NCBI GenBank assembly: GCA_033764015.1 | Contig: JANRJK010000053.1 | Coordinates: 1 to 64,000, forward strand | Length of the DNA: 64,000 nucleotides | Origin: Candidatus Sumerlaeia bacterium | GTDB taxonomy: Bacteria > Sumerlaeota > Sumerlaeia > SLMS01 > JANRJK01 | Direction of reading: 5' to 3' | Part shown: one piece after another, positions 42,084 to 52,677 of the stretch | How positions within the stretch are numbered: the stretch's first letter is position 1 | How the letters are laid out: every line of letters starts with the position of its first letter | Notes under the pieces: generated by a model | Database searches by the model: none | The model's input: only the letters and a program-made list of their open reading frames with translations | What the model was told of the DNA's origin: nothing | Translations under genes and position numbers: made by a program

Positions 42084-43583
42084 ATGCGCCGGGCGGCCGA
42101 CGTCCTGCGCGAACTCCCGCGCCACCCCCGGCTCCTCCCCGCGCTCTGGGCCGTGCTGCTGCTCGCGTGCCTGTCGAGGATGCTGTCGCACTCGATCGCG
42201 GCGTCCGACAAGCGCGACCTCCGCGTGCTGGGCGGATGGGACGAGAACCACTACTACGCTTGGGCCAGATCCGCCGTAGTGGACGGGGACGCCAGGTTCC
42301 GGAACGACTTCGAGTTCCTCGCGTCGCTCCGGGGCGTCCCCCTGCTTTCGGACACCTTCCGGCGCGCGCTGGATACGGTGCCGGACACGCCGACGGGGCA
42401 CTTCCCCAACAAGTACGGCGTGGGGAACGCGCTGCTTGGCGCTCCGGGGCTGCTTGTGGCCCGCGCCGCGGTGCTCGCTTATGGCGAGGACCGGGTGCAC
42501 CCCTTCGCGACCATCTACCTGGTGGGCTACCGCGCCAGCCTGATCGTGGTGGCGTTCCTGGGGCTGGCGGCGGCGGTGCGGCTACTCGGCGAGCTGGGAC
42601 ACTCCCGCGGCGTCGGCGCGGCGTCGGTCGCGCTCGTGTTCCTCGGCACGCCGCTCGGCTACTACATTTGGTACAATCACGACATGGCTCACGCGGGGGG
42701 CTTCACGCTCCTCACGCTGCTGCTGCTGGCGTCGGTCCGTTGGCGCGGCGCGTTGCGGGCCGACGGGAGGTCCTGGATGGCCCTCGCCGCCGCCATGGGG
42801 GTGCTGCTCGCGCTCGCCGCCATGGCGAGATTTCCCAACGCCATCGCCGCGGTGTTCCCCTTCGCCCTGGCGGTCGGCGAGTGGCTCGGCGCCCCCATGG
42901 AGTTCCGCCGGCGGATCCTCGTCCGCTCCGTCGTGTCATGCTTGGCGGCGGCCGGCTGCGCAGTTGCCGCCGCGGTGCCGCAATTGCTCGCGTGGAAGGT
43001 GGTGTACGGGGAGTACCTGCTGTACAGCTACACGGGCGAGCGCTTCCGCGCCTGGCCCTCGAACGCGCCTCTCGTTCTTGCGGGGGCGCGGAACAGCCTC
43101 TTCCTGTGGTCGCCGCTTTGGCTGCTGGCGCTGGGCGCCCTGGCGCAGCCCGTGCGGCGCGACGCCGGCGTGCTGGCGGGGCTGGCCGCCCTCTTCGCGG
43201 GGTTCCTGTGGCTGTACGGTTCTTGGGAGTTCTACTGGCTCGGAACGTCGTTCGGCATGCGGGGCTTCGTCGACATCTCGGCGGTCGCGATGGTTGGCGC
43301 GGCGTCGCTCGTCGAGCGGACGCGGGGCCCCCTCCCGGGGCGCAGGCTGCTCGCCGCCGCCGTGGCCCTGTCGATCCTCTGGTCGTTGTGGATGGTGGGC
43401 GCCTACCGGGCGGAGGTGCAGCGCGGCGGCGAGCCGTTCGCCGGGAGGGCGCTGGTCACCGAGGCGGCGGACATCGCGGACCAGTGGTGGAAGGACGTGC
43501 GCGGGATCCCGCCGTTCCACGCCCGGAGGTATCCGCTCTTCACGCCGCGTTCGCTTGGGGAGGATTCCCGGGGGCCCGATTAG
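42084..43583 (+). CDS. Multi-pass membrane protein, GT-C glycosyltransferase-like
   Basis: WDENHYYAWARS loop after the first TM, many TM helices, SFGMRGF. Confidence 0.7.
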   Translation: MRRAADVLRELPRHPRLLPALWAVLLLACLSRMLSHSIAASDKRDLRVLGGWDENHYYAWARSAVVDGDARFRNDFEFLASLRGVPLLSDTFRRALDTVPDTPTGHFPNKYGVGNALLGAPGLLVARAAVLAYGEDRVHPFATIYLVGYRASLIVVAFLGLAAAVRLLGELGHSRGVGAASVALVFLGTPLGYYIWYNHDMAHAGGFTLLTLLLLASVRWRGALRADGRSWMALAAAMGVLLALAAMARFPNAIAAVFPFALAVGEWLGAPMEFRRRILVRSVVSCLAAAGCAVAAAVPQLLAWKVVYGEYLLYSYTGERFRAWPSNAPLVLAGARNSLFLWSPLWLLALGALAQPVRRDAGVLAGLAALFAGFLWLYGSWEFYWLGTSFGMRGFVDISAVAMVGAASLVERTRGPLPGRRLLAAAVALSILWSLWMVGAYRAEVQRGGEPFAGRALVTEAADIADQWWKDVRGIPPFHARRYPLFTPRSLGEDSRGPD

Positions 43584-43748
43584 CCGTGCTCCCGGCGAGG
43601 CGTTCGGCGGCGCCGGAATCTCGGCCCGCGGCTGGTTGTTCTTGCGGTTGGCACTGGTCACCGGGTTCACTAGTGGCTGAATAGATTCCGTGCCCCGCGA
43701 AACGGGGAGGGACGCCTGCGGAAGGCAGGCGCCGCGAGGTTACGCGCG

Positions 43749-45191
43749 ATGTCCGGTGGCCAGCAGGCAGCGGCACAGCCGACCCCGACCTCCAATGAGG
43801 ACCGCCGCAAGGTGATCCTGTCGGAAGAGGCTGCGCGCATCGCCGCGGGCGACGTCCTCGGCGTCGGCTACGAGGTCATCGACGTGATCGGCGAGGGCGG
43901 CATGGCGGTGGTGTACCGCGCGCGCCAGAAGAGCCTTTCCCGCGTGGTGGCGCTAAAGGCGATGCACCCGCGCTTCTCCGCGGACCGCGAGTTCGTGACG
44001 CGCTTCGAGCGCGAGGCGGGCGCGCTCGCCGCCCTCAACCACCCCAACATCGTCAGCATCATCGACCGCGGCCAGGAGCGGAACATCTACTACTTCGTCA
44101 TGGAGTTCGTGGATGGCGAGACGCTCGACCAGAAGATCATCGACAACACGCTTTCCCTGAAGGAGTGGCGGGAGGTCATTCAGGCGTGCCGCGACGGCTT
44201 GGAGTTCGTCCACCGGCGCGGCGTGGTGCACCTCGACATCAAGCCGAGCAACATCCTGATCGACCGCGAGGGCCGGGCGAAGATCTCCGACTTCGGCATC
44301 GCGCACATCGTCACCGGCGACGACGCGGCCGAGGAGGGTCCGAAGCGCGCCTTCGGCACGTCGTACTACATGGCGCCGGAGCAGACGGCGATGCCGGGCG
44401 CCGTGGACGCGCGCGCCGACATCTACGCGCTCTCGGTGACGTTCTACAAGATGATCACGCGCTCGATGCCGGCCCCCGACACGGTGATGCCGCCGTCGGA
44501 AGTGAACACCGACATCCCGGTCGCGGTGGACGCGGTGATTTTCCGCGGCATGGCGCCGGACCGCGAGGAGCGCTACCAGAACGTCCGCGACTTCTGCGAC
44601 GACCTGTTGAAGGCGCTGAAGGACACCTCGCAGAGCCTGGCCGCGATCCTGGACTACCGGCAGAAGGACCAGAAGTCCGCCCTGTACAGCGGGGCCGACT
44701 TCTCCGCCGCGCGCAGCAGCAGCTCCGTGGTGCCGAAGGTGCCGGCCGCGGACCTCGCGAAGCGCACACCGGTCCCCGGGAAGGCGAAGGCGCCCGCGCA
44801 GAAGAGCGAGCCCGAGGGCCGCAAACCCGCCCCCGCCGGCGAGCAGAAGCCGCAACCGAAGCCCGCCAGCGGCGCCCGCAAGATCGAACCGAAGCCCGCG
44901 ACCGGCAGCGAACTGCTCATCAAGCGGCTCCTCTGGATGGTGCTGCTGCTGATCGTGCTCTGCGTCGCGATCCTCGCGGTGCTGATGGCGATCAAGGCCG
45001 GCGACGCCCGCATCGATCCAGCGGAGCTCCGCCCCATCAGCCAGACCGATCCGAACATCTCGGGCGCGCCGGTCGCGACGCCGGCGCCGACTCCCATCCC
45101 CGCGGAGGAATCCCCCGCGCAGGACCCGCCGTGGGAAGGCGCGCCCCCTGCCGAGGACACGGCACCGCCCGCGGACGCCGCGCCCCAGTGA
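43749..45191 (+). CDS. Membrane-anchored Hanks-type Ser/Thr protein kinase
   Basis: GEGGMAVVY, VALK, HLDIKPSN, DFG, YMAPE, one C-terminal TM. Confidence 0.95.
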   Translation: MSGGQQAAAQPTPTSNEDRRKVILSEEAARIAAGDVLGVGYEVIDVIGEGGMAVVYRARQKSLSRVVALKAMHPRFSADREFVTRFEREAGALAALNHPNIVSIIDRGQERNIYYFVMEFVDGETLDQKIIDNTLSLKEWREVIQACRDGLEFVHRRGVVHLDIKPSNILIDREGRAKISDFGIAHIVTGDDAAEEGPKRAFGTSYYMAPEQTAMPGAVDARADIYALSVTFYKMITRSMPAPDTVMPPSEVNTDIPVAVDAVIFRGMAPDREERYQNVRDFCDDLLKALKDTSQSLAAILDYRQKDQKSALYSGADFSAARSSSSVVPKVPAADLAKRTPVPGKAKAPAQKSEPEGRKPAPAGEQKPQPKPASGARKIEPKPATGSELLIKRLLWMVLLLIVLCVAILAVLMAIKAGDARIDPAELRPISQTDPNISGAPVATPAPTPIPAEESPAQDPPWEGAPPAEDTAPPADAAPQ

Positions 45192-45649
45192 GCCGCGCCG
45201 CCGCGCTGCTGCTGCTCCTCGCCGCGTTCGCCGCCGCCGGTTGCGGACGCAAGCGCGAGCCGAGCCCCCTCGCCGAGACCACCAGCCTGCGCGTCGACAA
45301 CCCCATCGGCGACTTCAAGCGCCCGGTCGTGGTCGAGGACGGGGTCGGCATCCGCGCGCTCGCGAATCCCGACGGCTCCGTCACGGTTTCCGTCGAGAAC
45401 CAGCGCGAGGAGCCGCTCGTGGTGTCGCACCGCTTCTTCGCGCTGGTGACCGGCCCGGAGCGCGGGCGCGACCTGGTGGCGCTGTCGCGGGGGACCGCGG
45501 ACCTGGCGCTCTTCCCGGACGAGACGCTTCCCCCGCTGGGCCGGGGCGTGTACGCGTTCCGCCTCAACGATAGGAAGGCGCTCCCGGGGATGCGCCTGGT
45601 GTACCGCGACCCGCTGGCGGGGCGGATGTTCTTCGTCGACCTCGAGTAG
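45188..45649 (+). CDS. Putative lipoprotein
   Basis: GTGA-coupled; LLLLLAAFAAAG-C lipobox. Confidence 0.75.
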   Translation: MSRAAALLLLLAAFAAAGCGRKREPSPLAETTSLRVDNPIGDFKRPVVVEDGVGIRALANPDGSVTVSVENQREEPLVVSHRFFALVTGPERGRDLVALSRGTADLALFPDETLPPLGRGVYAFRLNDRKALPGMRLVYRDPLAGRMFFVDLE

Positions 45650-45664
45650 CGCCGGCGCGGCGCC

Positions 45665-46168
45665 CTAGCCCGCCCGGAAGAGCAGCGCGGTGGCCATGGC
45701 GGCGATGCCTTCGCCGCGGCCCAGGAAGCCCATGCGCTCGTTCGTCGTGGCCTTGATGTTCACCTGCGCGGGGGCGACGGCGAGGTCGGCGCTGAGGCGT
45801 TCGCACATGAGCGCCACATGGGGCGAGATGCGCGGCGCCTCCGCGATGACCGTGGCGTCCACGTTGCCGACGCGCCAGCCGAGCTTCTGGACGTCGCCGA
45901 CGACGATGCGCAGCAGCACGCGCGAGTCGGCGTCCTTCCAGCGCTGCTCCGTGTTGGGGAAGTGGCGTCCGATGTCGCCGAGGCCGGCGGCGCCGAGCAC
46001 CGCGTCGGCGATGGCGTGGATGAGCACGTCGGCGTCGCTGTGGCCGAGGAGCCCCAGGTCGTGGGGGAGTTCGACGCCGCCGAGGACGAGCCTGCGGTGG
46101 CGGGCGAGCTGGTGCACGTCGTAGCCGAAGCCGACGGCGAAGGGGGGCGGCGCGGTGGCGTCAGCCAT
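45665..46168 (-). CDS. ispF: 2-C-methyl-D-erythritol 2,4-cyclodiphosphate synthase
   Basis: GFGYDVH, GHSDADVLIHA, GDIGRHFP, NIKATTNERMGFLGRGEG. Confidence 0.98.
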   Translation of the reverse strand: MADATAPPPFAVGFGYDVHQLARHRRLVLGGVELPHDLGLLGHSDADVLIHAIADAVLGAAGLGDIGRHFPNTEQRWKDADSRVLLRIVVGDVQKLGWRVGNVDATVIAEAPRISPHVALMCERLSADLAVAPAQVNIKATTNERMGFLGRGEGIAAMATALLFRAG

Positions 46169-46243
46169 TCGGTGCTCCAAGTTGTGCGGGTTGGGTTGCG
46201 GGGGCCGCGCCGTCGGAGGGGCGGGTCGGCTCGGCGGGGCCGG

Positions 46244-47536
46244 TCAAATCTGCGTGGCCGAGTCGGTGATGGAGCGCAGCACGCGGATCCAGTCCTCCGC
46301 GCGCTTCGGGCGGTTGTCCGGGTGCGGATCGAGCGCGGCGCGGAGCAGGCCCGTCAGCTCCGGATGCAGGTCCGAGCGGTACTGCTCGATGGGGCGCATC
46401 TTGCCTTCGCGCATGTTCTTGATCAGCTCGAGGCTGTCGTTGCCCTTGTAGGGGAAGTGCCCGCGCGAGAGCAGCAGGAAGGAGGTGACCGCGAACGCCC
46501 AGAGGTCGGCGCTCGGGTCGATGACGTTGTCCTCCATCGCTTCGATGGAGAGGAATTTGTGGCTGCCGACGCGGACGCTGGTGGCGGTGAGGCGCTCGCC
46601 GCCGGTCTGGATGCCGGCGATGCCGAAGTCCACGAGGTACGCCTCGTCCGAGGAGTCCTCGATGAGGATGTTGTTCGGCTTGATGTCGCGGTGGACGATG
46701 CCCTTGCAGTGCGAGCCGTCCTCCTCGGTCCACTCGAAGTTGTGGGCGGCGGCGATGCCTTCGGCGATGCCGAGCATGTAGCGCACGGCCTTGTTCTGCG
46801 GGATCACGTCGTACTTGAAGATCGTCTTGTCCAGCGATTCGCCCACGACGAAGTCCATGACGATGTAGAGGAAGTCGCGGTCCGGGTCGTCGCCCCAGTT
46901 GTGGACCTTGACGACGGAGGGGGCGCCGCTTTCGGCGAGCGCGTGCGTGAGGCGCGCCTCGCGGCGGAAGCGGCGGACGAGCGAGTCGCGGTCCTCTTCG
47001 CGGAGGTACTCGGGGTTGAGCAGCTCCGGGTGCATGATCTTGATCGCGTAGGTCTGCTCGCTGTCGCGCAGGTAGCCGCGCCAGATTTCGCCGAAGCCGC
47101 CGCTGCCGATGCGCTCGTAGCGCGAGAAGCGCGTCGAGAAGCCCTCGGAGAAGACGAGGGGGAAGAAGGGCGATTCGCGCACCGTGTAGCGGAGGTAGGT
47201 GCCCTCGGTGCCGGTGACGCGGGGGATCGGCCAGGTGACGACGATCGCGGGGCCGTTGCGGCCCAGCACGATCTGGTCGCCGCGCGAGAGCGTCACTTCG
47301 CCCTCGATGCGCCGTCCATTCATGAACGAACCCTGCGTGCTGCCGACGTCCTCGTAGGTGAAGTGCTCCTCGCCCTTGCAGCGCAGCAGGCCGTGGCGGC
47401 GGGAAACCTCGATATCGACGTAGGGGTCGAGCCGCACATCGTTCTGCGACGAGCGGCCGATCTTGATCTCATCCTGCTCGTAGAGCTCGGAGCGGGGCTT
47501 TCCGCTCCGGTCGAGGACAGTGACGCAGCAAATCAT
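46244..47536 (-). CDS. FHA domain + Ser/Thr protein kinase
   Basis: FHA IGRS..VSRRHG..GSTQGSFMNG; kinase GSGGFG, AIK, HRDIKPNN, DFG. Confidence 0.93.
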   Translation of the reverse strand: MICCVTVLDRSGKPRSELYEQDEIKIGRSSQNDVRLDPYVDIEVSRRHGLLRCKGEEHFTYEDVGSTQGSFMNGRRIEGEVTLSRGDQIVLGRNGPAIVVTWPIPRVTGTEGTYLRYTVRESPFFPLVFSEGFSTRFSRYERIGSGGFGEIWRGYLRDSEQTYAIKIMHPELLNPEYLREEDRDSLVRRFRREARLTHALAESGAPSVVKVHNWGDDPDRDFLYIVMDFVVGESLDKTIFKYDVIPQNKAVRYMLGIAEGIAAAHNFEWTEEDGSHCKGIVHRDIKPNNILIEDSSDEAYLVDFGIAGIQTGGERLTATSVRVGSHKFLSIEAMEDNVIDPSADLWAFAVTSFLLLSRGHFPYKGNDSLELIKNMREGKMRPIEQYRSDLHPELTGLLRAALDPHPDNRPKRAEDWIRVLRSITDSATQI

Positions 47537-47834
47537 GCCTCTATCGGAGGGGGAACCGTGGGAAGGTCAATAGCATCCGGCGCGGGGCCGCGTGAAATGC
47601 GGTCGGGGCGGCCGGGCACGGAATCCGGTTGCCAAAGGCGGGCCGACCGGGCTGGCTAGAGCCACAGGCGGTGACGCTGCGTGCTGCTTGGGCGGCAGCA
47701 CCGGCGCTTGCGCCTGTCTCCGCGCGTGCATCGCAGGCAACGCCAACCCCGGGGGAGCCGGATCCGCCTCCCCATCCGGCGGTGCGTTTCCCGCGGCGCG
47801 TCAATTTTTCCGTATCCCAGAAGGAGCGCCTCCG

Positions 47835-48575
47835 ATGAACCCGGAAGTGACCGTCCTGCTCGATCTGCAGGAAATCGACCGCGAGCTGTTGAAGCTCAAA
47901 GAGGAGCTGGGCCGCTACCCCGGCATCTGGGAGAAGACGAAGGCCCGCGTGACCGACGCCCGCCAGCGCGCCAAGTCGCTCGCGGACGAAATCGCCGAGC
48001 ACGGCCACGACAAGCGCGACCTGTCGCGTTCGCTGCAGGAGACCGGCGAGCTGCTCCGCCGCTACCAGCTCCAGCAGCCGATGGTGAAGACGCAGAAGGA
48101 ATACTACGCCCTCACGCAGCAGATTGAAGGAACCCGCGAGCGGCTCAGTAACATTGAGGAGCAGGCGCGCCGCGAGCTGGAACGGGGTCCCGAACTCCAG
48201 CAGCAGCTCGAAGCCGCCGAGAAGGAGGCGAAGGCCGCGGAGGAGTTCGCGAAGGGCGAGAAGGAGCGGATCCGCGTGCAGATGGCGGAGAAGCGCGAGG
48301 CGGTCGCGAAGCTGGAGACGGCGCGCGCGGCGGTCGTGGCGAAGGTGGCTCCGGCGCGGCTCGGCCAGTACGAGCGCGTCGCCAAGCGGCATCCCGGCTC
48401 GGCCATCGTGCCGGTCCGCCAGGGCGGCTGCACCGGCTGCAACTTCCAGCTCCTCTCGAAGGCCCTCGTCGAACTCCACCGAGCCCAGAAGGTCGCCTTC
48501 TGCGACCATTGCGGAAGGATCCTGAGCCATGACGAAAGCTACCAGCAGGCGGACCCCCAGTCGGCGGCGGGCTGA
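47835..48575 (+). CDS. C4 zinc-ribbon coiled-coil protein (DUF164 type)
   Basis: LLDLQEID, coiled coil, CTGC..CDHCGRIL; AAGGAG RBS. Confidence 0.92.
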   Translation: MNPEVTVLLDLQEIDRELLKLKEELGRYPGIWEKTKARVTDARQRAKSLADEIAEHGHDKRDLSRSLQETGELLRRYQLQQPMVKTQKEYYALTQQIEGTRERLSNIEEQARRELERGPELQQQLEAAEKEAKAAEEFAKGEKERIRVQMAEKREAVAKLETARAAVVAKVAPARLGQYERVAKRHPGSAIVPVRQGGCTGCNFQLLSKALVELHRAQKVAFCDHCGRILSHDESYQQADPQSAAG

Positions 48576-48582
48576 CCCGGCC

Positions 48583-49779
48583 GTGCGCCGCTTCGCCGCC
48601 GCCGCGGCCCTTGCCGCGCTGGCCCTCGCGCAGGGCTGCGCCAAGCTGTCCGTGCGCTCCGAGCCCGCCGGCGCCCAGCTACTCTGGTCGCCCAACGGCC
48701 TCGAACCGTTCCGCCCCTGGCCCCCCACCGGCGACGGGCGCGAGGGCAACACCGCGACGCCGCACAGCGAGTTCACCACGACCCGGGACGTCTTCTTCAT
48801 GACCGTGGAGAAGGAGGGCTACCGCCGCCCGCTGGCGAAGCTGGTCCAGCTCGCGCCGCTGCGCACCGCCCGCCTTTCCTTCGACCTCGAAAAGCTGCCC
48901 GAGTACGAGGGCGGCCTGCCCGTGCGCGACGGCCTCGTGCTGTACCAGGGGGAATGGGTCGATCCCGCCGCCGCGGGGCTCGCCGTCCACGAGGGGCGCC
49001 TGCTCGGCATCGAACAGGTCCGCGCCAAGGAGCGGCTCGCGCAGGGCCTGGTCGAGTTCGAGGGCCGCGATGTGGCGCCGGCGGAGCGCGACCGCCTTTG
49101 GGCGGAGCGCCAGCGCGCCGAGGGCCGCACGCTCTTCAAGGAGCGCTGGCTCCTGCCGGAGGAGATCGCCGCGGAAGAGGCGGTCGACCGCGCCGCGGCG
49201 GAGATCAACACGCTCGACGGCCTGGCGGACCTGGACGCGCCGCGCGTGCTGGGCCGCGTCGAATCCGCCTTCGCCCAGTTGCAGCTTTTCAACAACACCG
49301 CGCTGCCGGTGCGCGTGCTGCTCTCCGGCCCGAGCAGCCGGGAGCTGCGCCTGGAGCCGTTCGGCTCCTTCGGCGGGGGTCCCGGCGAGGCGCTCTACGT
49401 CGTCGCGGGGCGGTACCAGGTGGTCTACCTGCCGCTGGAGAACGACGGCCTGCCGGCGGCGCCGGAGTCCTCGGCAACGCGCAGCGCGGCCGGCGCCGAG
49501 GGGCGCACCGCCGGCGCGCGCACCGCCATCACCAGCCAGCCCCTCGCCTCGGGCTTCCGCTATTCGTTCAACTACAGCGGCGGCGACCGGCTGCGGCTGG
49601 AAGACCTGCGCCAGTACGAACCGCCGCAGGTTCAACTGCCGGTGGAACGGCAGGAGATCGAGGTGCCCGAAGCGCCCGCGGCGCCGGCGCCTCCCGCGGA
49701 AGCCCAGCGCGGCAACCCGTCCGGCGGCGGACGTCCGCCGGGGGGCCGGCCTCCCGGCGGCGGACGCCCGCGCCCGTAG
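48583..49779 (+). CDS. Putative lipoprotein with PEGA-like N-terminus
   Basis: LAQG-C lipobox; LSVRSEPAGA..VEKEGY. Confidence 0.7.
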   Translation: MRRFAAAAALAALALAQGCAKLSVRSEPAGAQLLWSPNGLEPFRPWPPTGDGREGNTATPHSEFTTTRDVFFMTVEKEGYRRPLAKLVQLAPLRTARLSFDLEKLPEYEGGLPVRDGLVLYQGEWVDPAAAGLAVHEGRLLGIEQVRAKERLAQGLVEFEGRDVAPAERDRLWAERQRAEGRTLFKERWLLPEEIAAEEAVDRAAAEINTLDGLADLDAPRVLGRVESAFAQLQLFNNTALPVRVLLSGPSSRELRLEPFGSFGGGPGEALYVVAGRYQVVYLPLENDGLPAAPESSATRSAAGAEGRTAGARTAITSQPLASGFRYSFNYSGGDRLRLEDLRQYEPPQVQLPVERQEIEVPEAPAAPAPPAEAQRGNPSGGGRPPGGRPPGGGRPRP

Positions 49780-49822
49780 CCGCGCAGACAGCACCAATCA
49801 ACCCAACCGCAGGAGCCAACGC

Positions 49823-51805
49823 ATGGCCCGCACGCATCGCCGGATCCACGCCCTCGCCGCCTTCGGCGCGCTGGTCCTCCTTGGTGGCTGCGCCACCACC
49901 CCACGGCTCCCGAGCCCGGCGGACATCCCGGACGCCCCGGCGGAGCGCCGCGCCGCCGGCGAGCTGCGCCTCGAGGCGATCCCCGAGACGCCCCCGCAGA
50001 TCGGACGCCGCCTCGCCGCCTACCAGTCGGTCCGGGGCACCAGCTTCGTCGATTGGAGCCCCTCCGGCTGGATGATGGTGCGCCACCTCAAGGGCAACAC
50101 CACGCAGCTCTACCGGCTGAACCGCCCCGGCGGGTCGATCTCGCGCATCACGAACTTCGAGGAGCCGCTCGCCTCGGGCACCTTCCTCAACAAGCGCGAC
50201 GCCTTCCTCTACTCGATGGACGAGGGCGGCAACGAGCTGGACCAGATCCACCTTTGGGACATGCGCGACGGCTCGCGGACGCTGCTGACGGACGGCGTGT
50301 CGCGCCACTCCGGGTACGTGCTCGCGCCGAACGAGGACCGCATGGCCTTCAGCAACAACGCCCGCACCGGCAGCGACTTCGACGTGTACGTGCAGGACAT
50401 CCGCCCGGGCGGCGCCGCGCAGCGCGTCACCGCCGCGCCCGGCTCCTGGTACCCGATGGACTTCAGCCCCGACGGCAAGCGCCTGCTCGTCCTCAAGTAC
50501 ACCTCCGTGACGGACAGCATGGCGTACGACGTCGACATCGCCACGGGCGTCTTCGAAGCACTCCGCCCCGGTGAAGCCGGCACCATGTCGATCGGCGCCG
50601 CCGCCTACCTCCGCGACGGCTCCGGCGACATCGTGTACGTCAGCGACGAAGGCTCCGAGTTCCGCCGGCTCCGCATCAAGAGCGCCGACGGCACCGACCA
50701 AGTCCACAGCGCGGACATCGACTGGGACGTGGACGAGGTGCAGCTCAGCGACGACGGGCGCTGGATCGCCTTCGCCACCAACGAGGCGGGCGCGTCCAGA
50801 ATGTACCTGCTCGACCTGGTGCAGAAGGAACGCCGCCAGATCGACATCGGCCTCGGCGTCCTCGTCAGCGGCGGCTTCTCGCCCGACTCGTCGACGATCG
50901 CCTACACGGTGAACGGGCCGACCTCGCCGAGCACCACCTTCGCCTACGAAATCGCGACCGGGACCACCACGCAGTGGACCACGCCCACCGCGAAGGGCCT
51001 CGATTTCGCCGAGCTCGTCGAGCCGGAAATGGTCGAGGTGTCCTCCTTCGACGGCCTGCCGATCAGCGCGATCTACTACAAGCCCGAGGGCCCCGGCCCG
51101 CACCCGGTCCTGATCAACTTCCACGGCGGCCCCGAGGCGCAGTCGCGCCCGTACTTCACCTCGTTCCACCAGTTCCTGGTCCGCGAGATGGGGATCGCGG
51201 TGCTCGATCCGAACGTGCGCGGCTCGACCGGCTACGGGAAGACGTTCACCACGCTGGACAACGGGCGTAAGCGCGAGGACTCGGTGAAGGACGGCGGCGC
51301 GCTGCTGGACTGGATCGCCGCGCGGCCCGAGCTGGACGCCTCGCGAGTCGGCGTGATGGGGGGCAGCTACGGGGGCTACATGACGCTCGCGATGCTGACC
51401 AACTATCCCGGCCGCGTGCGCGCCGGCATCGACAGCGTCGGCATCAGCAACTTCGTCACGTTCCTCGAGAACACCGGCGACTTCCGCCGCGACCTGCGCC
51501 GCGTCGAGTACGGCGACGAACGCGATCCGGAGATGCGCGCCTTCCTCGAGAGCATCTCGCCGCTCACCAAGGCGGACCGCATCGACGCCGCGCTGCTGGT
51601 GATCCAGGGCTACAACGATCCGCGCGTCCCCTACACGGAGGCGGAGCAGATCGTCCAACGCGTCCGCGCCGGCGGCCAGCCCGTCTGGTACCTGCTCGCG
51701 ATGAACGAGGGGCACGGCTTCGCCAAGCGCGAGAACTTCGAGTTCGAGCAGGAAGTCCGCGCCATGTTCCTGCTGAAGTACCTGTCGCACGCGCACGGCG
51801 AATGA
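49823..51805 (+). CDS. S9 family (prolyl oligopeptidase-like) peptidase, lipoprotein
   Basis: LGG-C lipobox, beta-propeller repeats, HGGPE, NVRGSTGYG, GGSYGG, NDPRVP, EGHGF. Confidence 0.95.
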   Translation: MARTHRRIHALAAFGALVLLGGCATTPRLPSPADIPDAPAERRAAGELRLEAIPETPPQIGRRLAAYQSVRGTSFVDWSPSGWMMVRHLKGNTTQLYRLNRPGGSISRITNFEEPLASGTFLNKRDAFLYSMDEGGNELDQIHLWDMRDGSRTLLTDGVSRHSGYVLAPNEDRMAFSNNARTGSDFDVYVQDIRPGGAAQRVTAAPGSWYPMDFSPDGKRLLVLKYTSVTDSMAYDVDIATGVFEALRPGEAGTMSIGAAAYLRDGSGDIVYVSDEGSEFRRLRIKSADGTDQVHSADIDWDVDEVQLSDDGRWIAFATNEAGASRMYLLDLVQKERRQIDIGLGVLVSGGFSPDSSTIAYTVNGPTSPSTTFAYEIATGTTTQWTTPTAKGLDFAELVEPEMVEVSSFDGLPISAIYYKPEGPGPHPVLINFHGGPEAQSRPYFTSFHQFLVREMGIAVLDPNVRGSTGYGKTFTTLDNGRKREDSVKDGGALLDWIAARPELDASRVGVMGGSYGGYMTLAMLTNYPGRVRAGIDSVGISNFVTFLENTGDFRRDLRRVEYGDERDPEMRAFLESISPLTKADRIDAALLVIQGYNDPRVPYTEAEQIVQRVRAGGQPVWYLLAMNEGHGFAKRENFEFEQEVRAMFLLKYLSHAHGE

Positions 51806-52671
51806 CCGCCGCGCGCCCGCGCGCCTGGGTGCGGGTGGTCCGGGTGCTCGCCGCCATCGCGGTCGGCTTCACGCTCGTTTTCTCGGCGGCGCTGCTCCTC
51901 CTGCAGCGCCGCCTGATCTACTTCCCGCAGCCCTATCCGGTGCAGCGCGTCGAGGACCTGCTCCCCGCCGGGGGACGGGCGCTCGAGTACCAGCTCCGCG
52001 GCGCCCGCCAGTTCGCGTACTGGGTCCCCGGCCCCGCCGCCACGGACGAGTCGCCGATCGTCGCGGTCTTCAGCGGCAACGCCTCGCTGGCGGCGCTCGG
52101 CTGGAGCGATTGGATCGACGAAGCCCGCGAGGCGGATCCGTCGCTATCCTTCCTGCTGGTCGAGTACCCGGGCTACGGGCGCAGCGGCCTCGAGCCCACG
52201 CGGGCGAACATCATCGCGGCCACCATGGGCGCCTGGGACCGGCTGGCGGAGGAACTCGGCCTGGAACGGCCCGCGCTCGACGCCCGCGCCGCCGCCATGG
52301 GGCACTCCCTCGGCGCCGCCGCCGCGATGGAGTTCGCCACCCGCGTCCGCCCGCGTCGCATCGTCCTGTTCGCCCCGTTCGTGGACATCAAGCGGATCGC
52401 CCGCCGCACCGTGGGGCCGCTCTTCCAACACTTGCTCCTCGACCGCTTCGACAACGCGGCGCGACTGCGCGAGTACCTCCCCGCGCAGCCGGAGGGTCGC
52501 GTCCTGGTCTTCCACGCGGAAGACGACAACATCCTCGAGGCGGGCTTCTCGCGCGAACTCCACGCGGCGCACCCGCAAGCCATCGAACTTGTCATCAGCC
52601 CCACCGGCGGACACGATGGGATCCTAGCGACGCATCGCGACCGCGCGGTGGAGTTTCTTGCGGGCGAGTGA
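51802..52671 (+). CDS. Alpha/beta hydrolase with N-terminal TM
   Basis: QRRLIYFP, EYPGYG, GHSLG, HAEDD, GGH. Confidence 0.9.
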   Translation: MTAARPRAWVRVVRVLAAIAVGFTLVFSAALLLLQRRLIYFPQPYPVQRVEDLLPAGGRALEYQLRGARQFAYWVPGPAATDESPIVAVFSGNASLAALGWSDWIDEAREADPSLSFLLVEYPGYGRSGLEPTRANIIAATMGAWDRLAEELGLERPALDARAAAMGHSLGAAAAMEFATRVRPRRIVLFAPFVDIKRIARRTVGPLFQHLLLDRFDNAARLREYLPAQPEGRVLVFHAEDDNILEAGFSRELHAAHPQAIELVISPTGGHDGILATHRDRAVEFLAGE

Positions 52672-52677
52672 TGCCGC

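Noticed and set aside
47537..47834. Possible ncRNA or riboswitch in the divergent intergenic region
   Set aside because: GC-rich hairpins are possible, but no family motif was recognisable.
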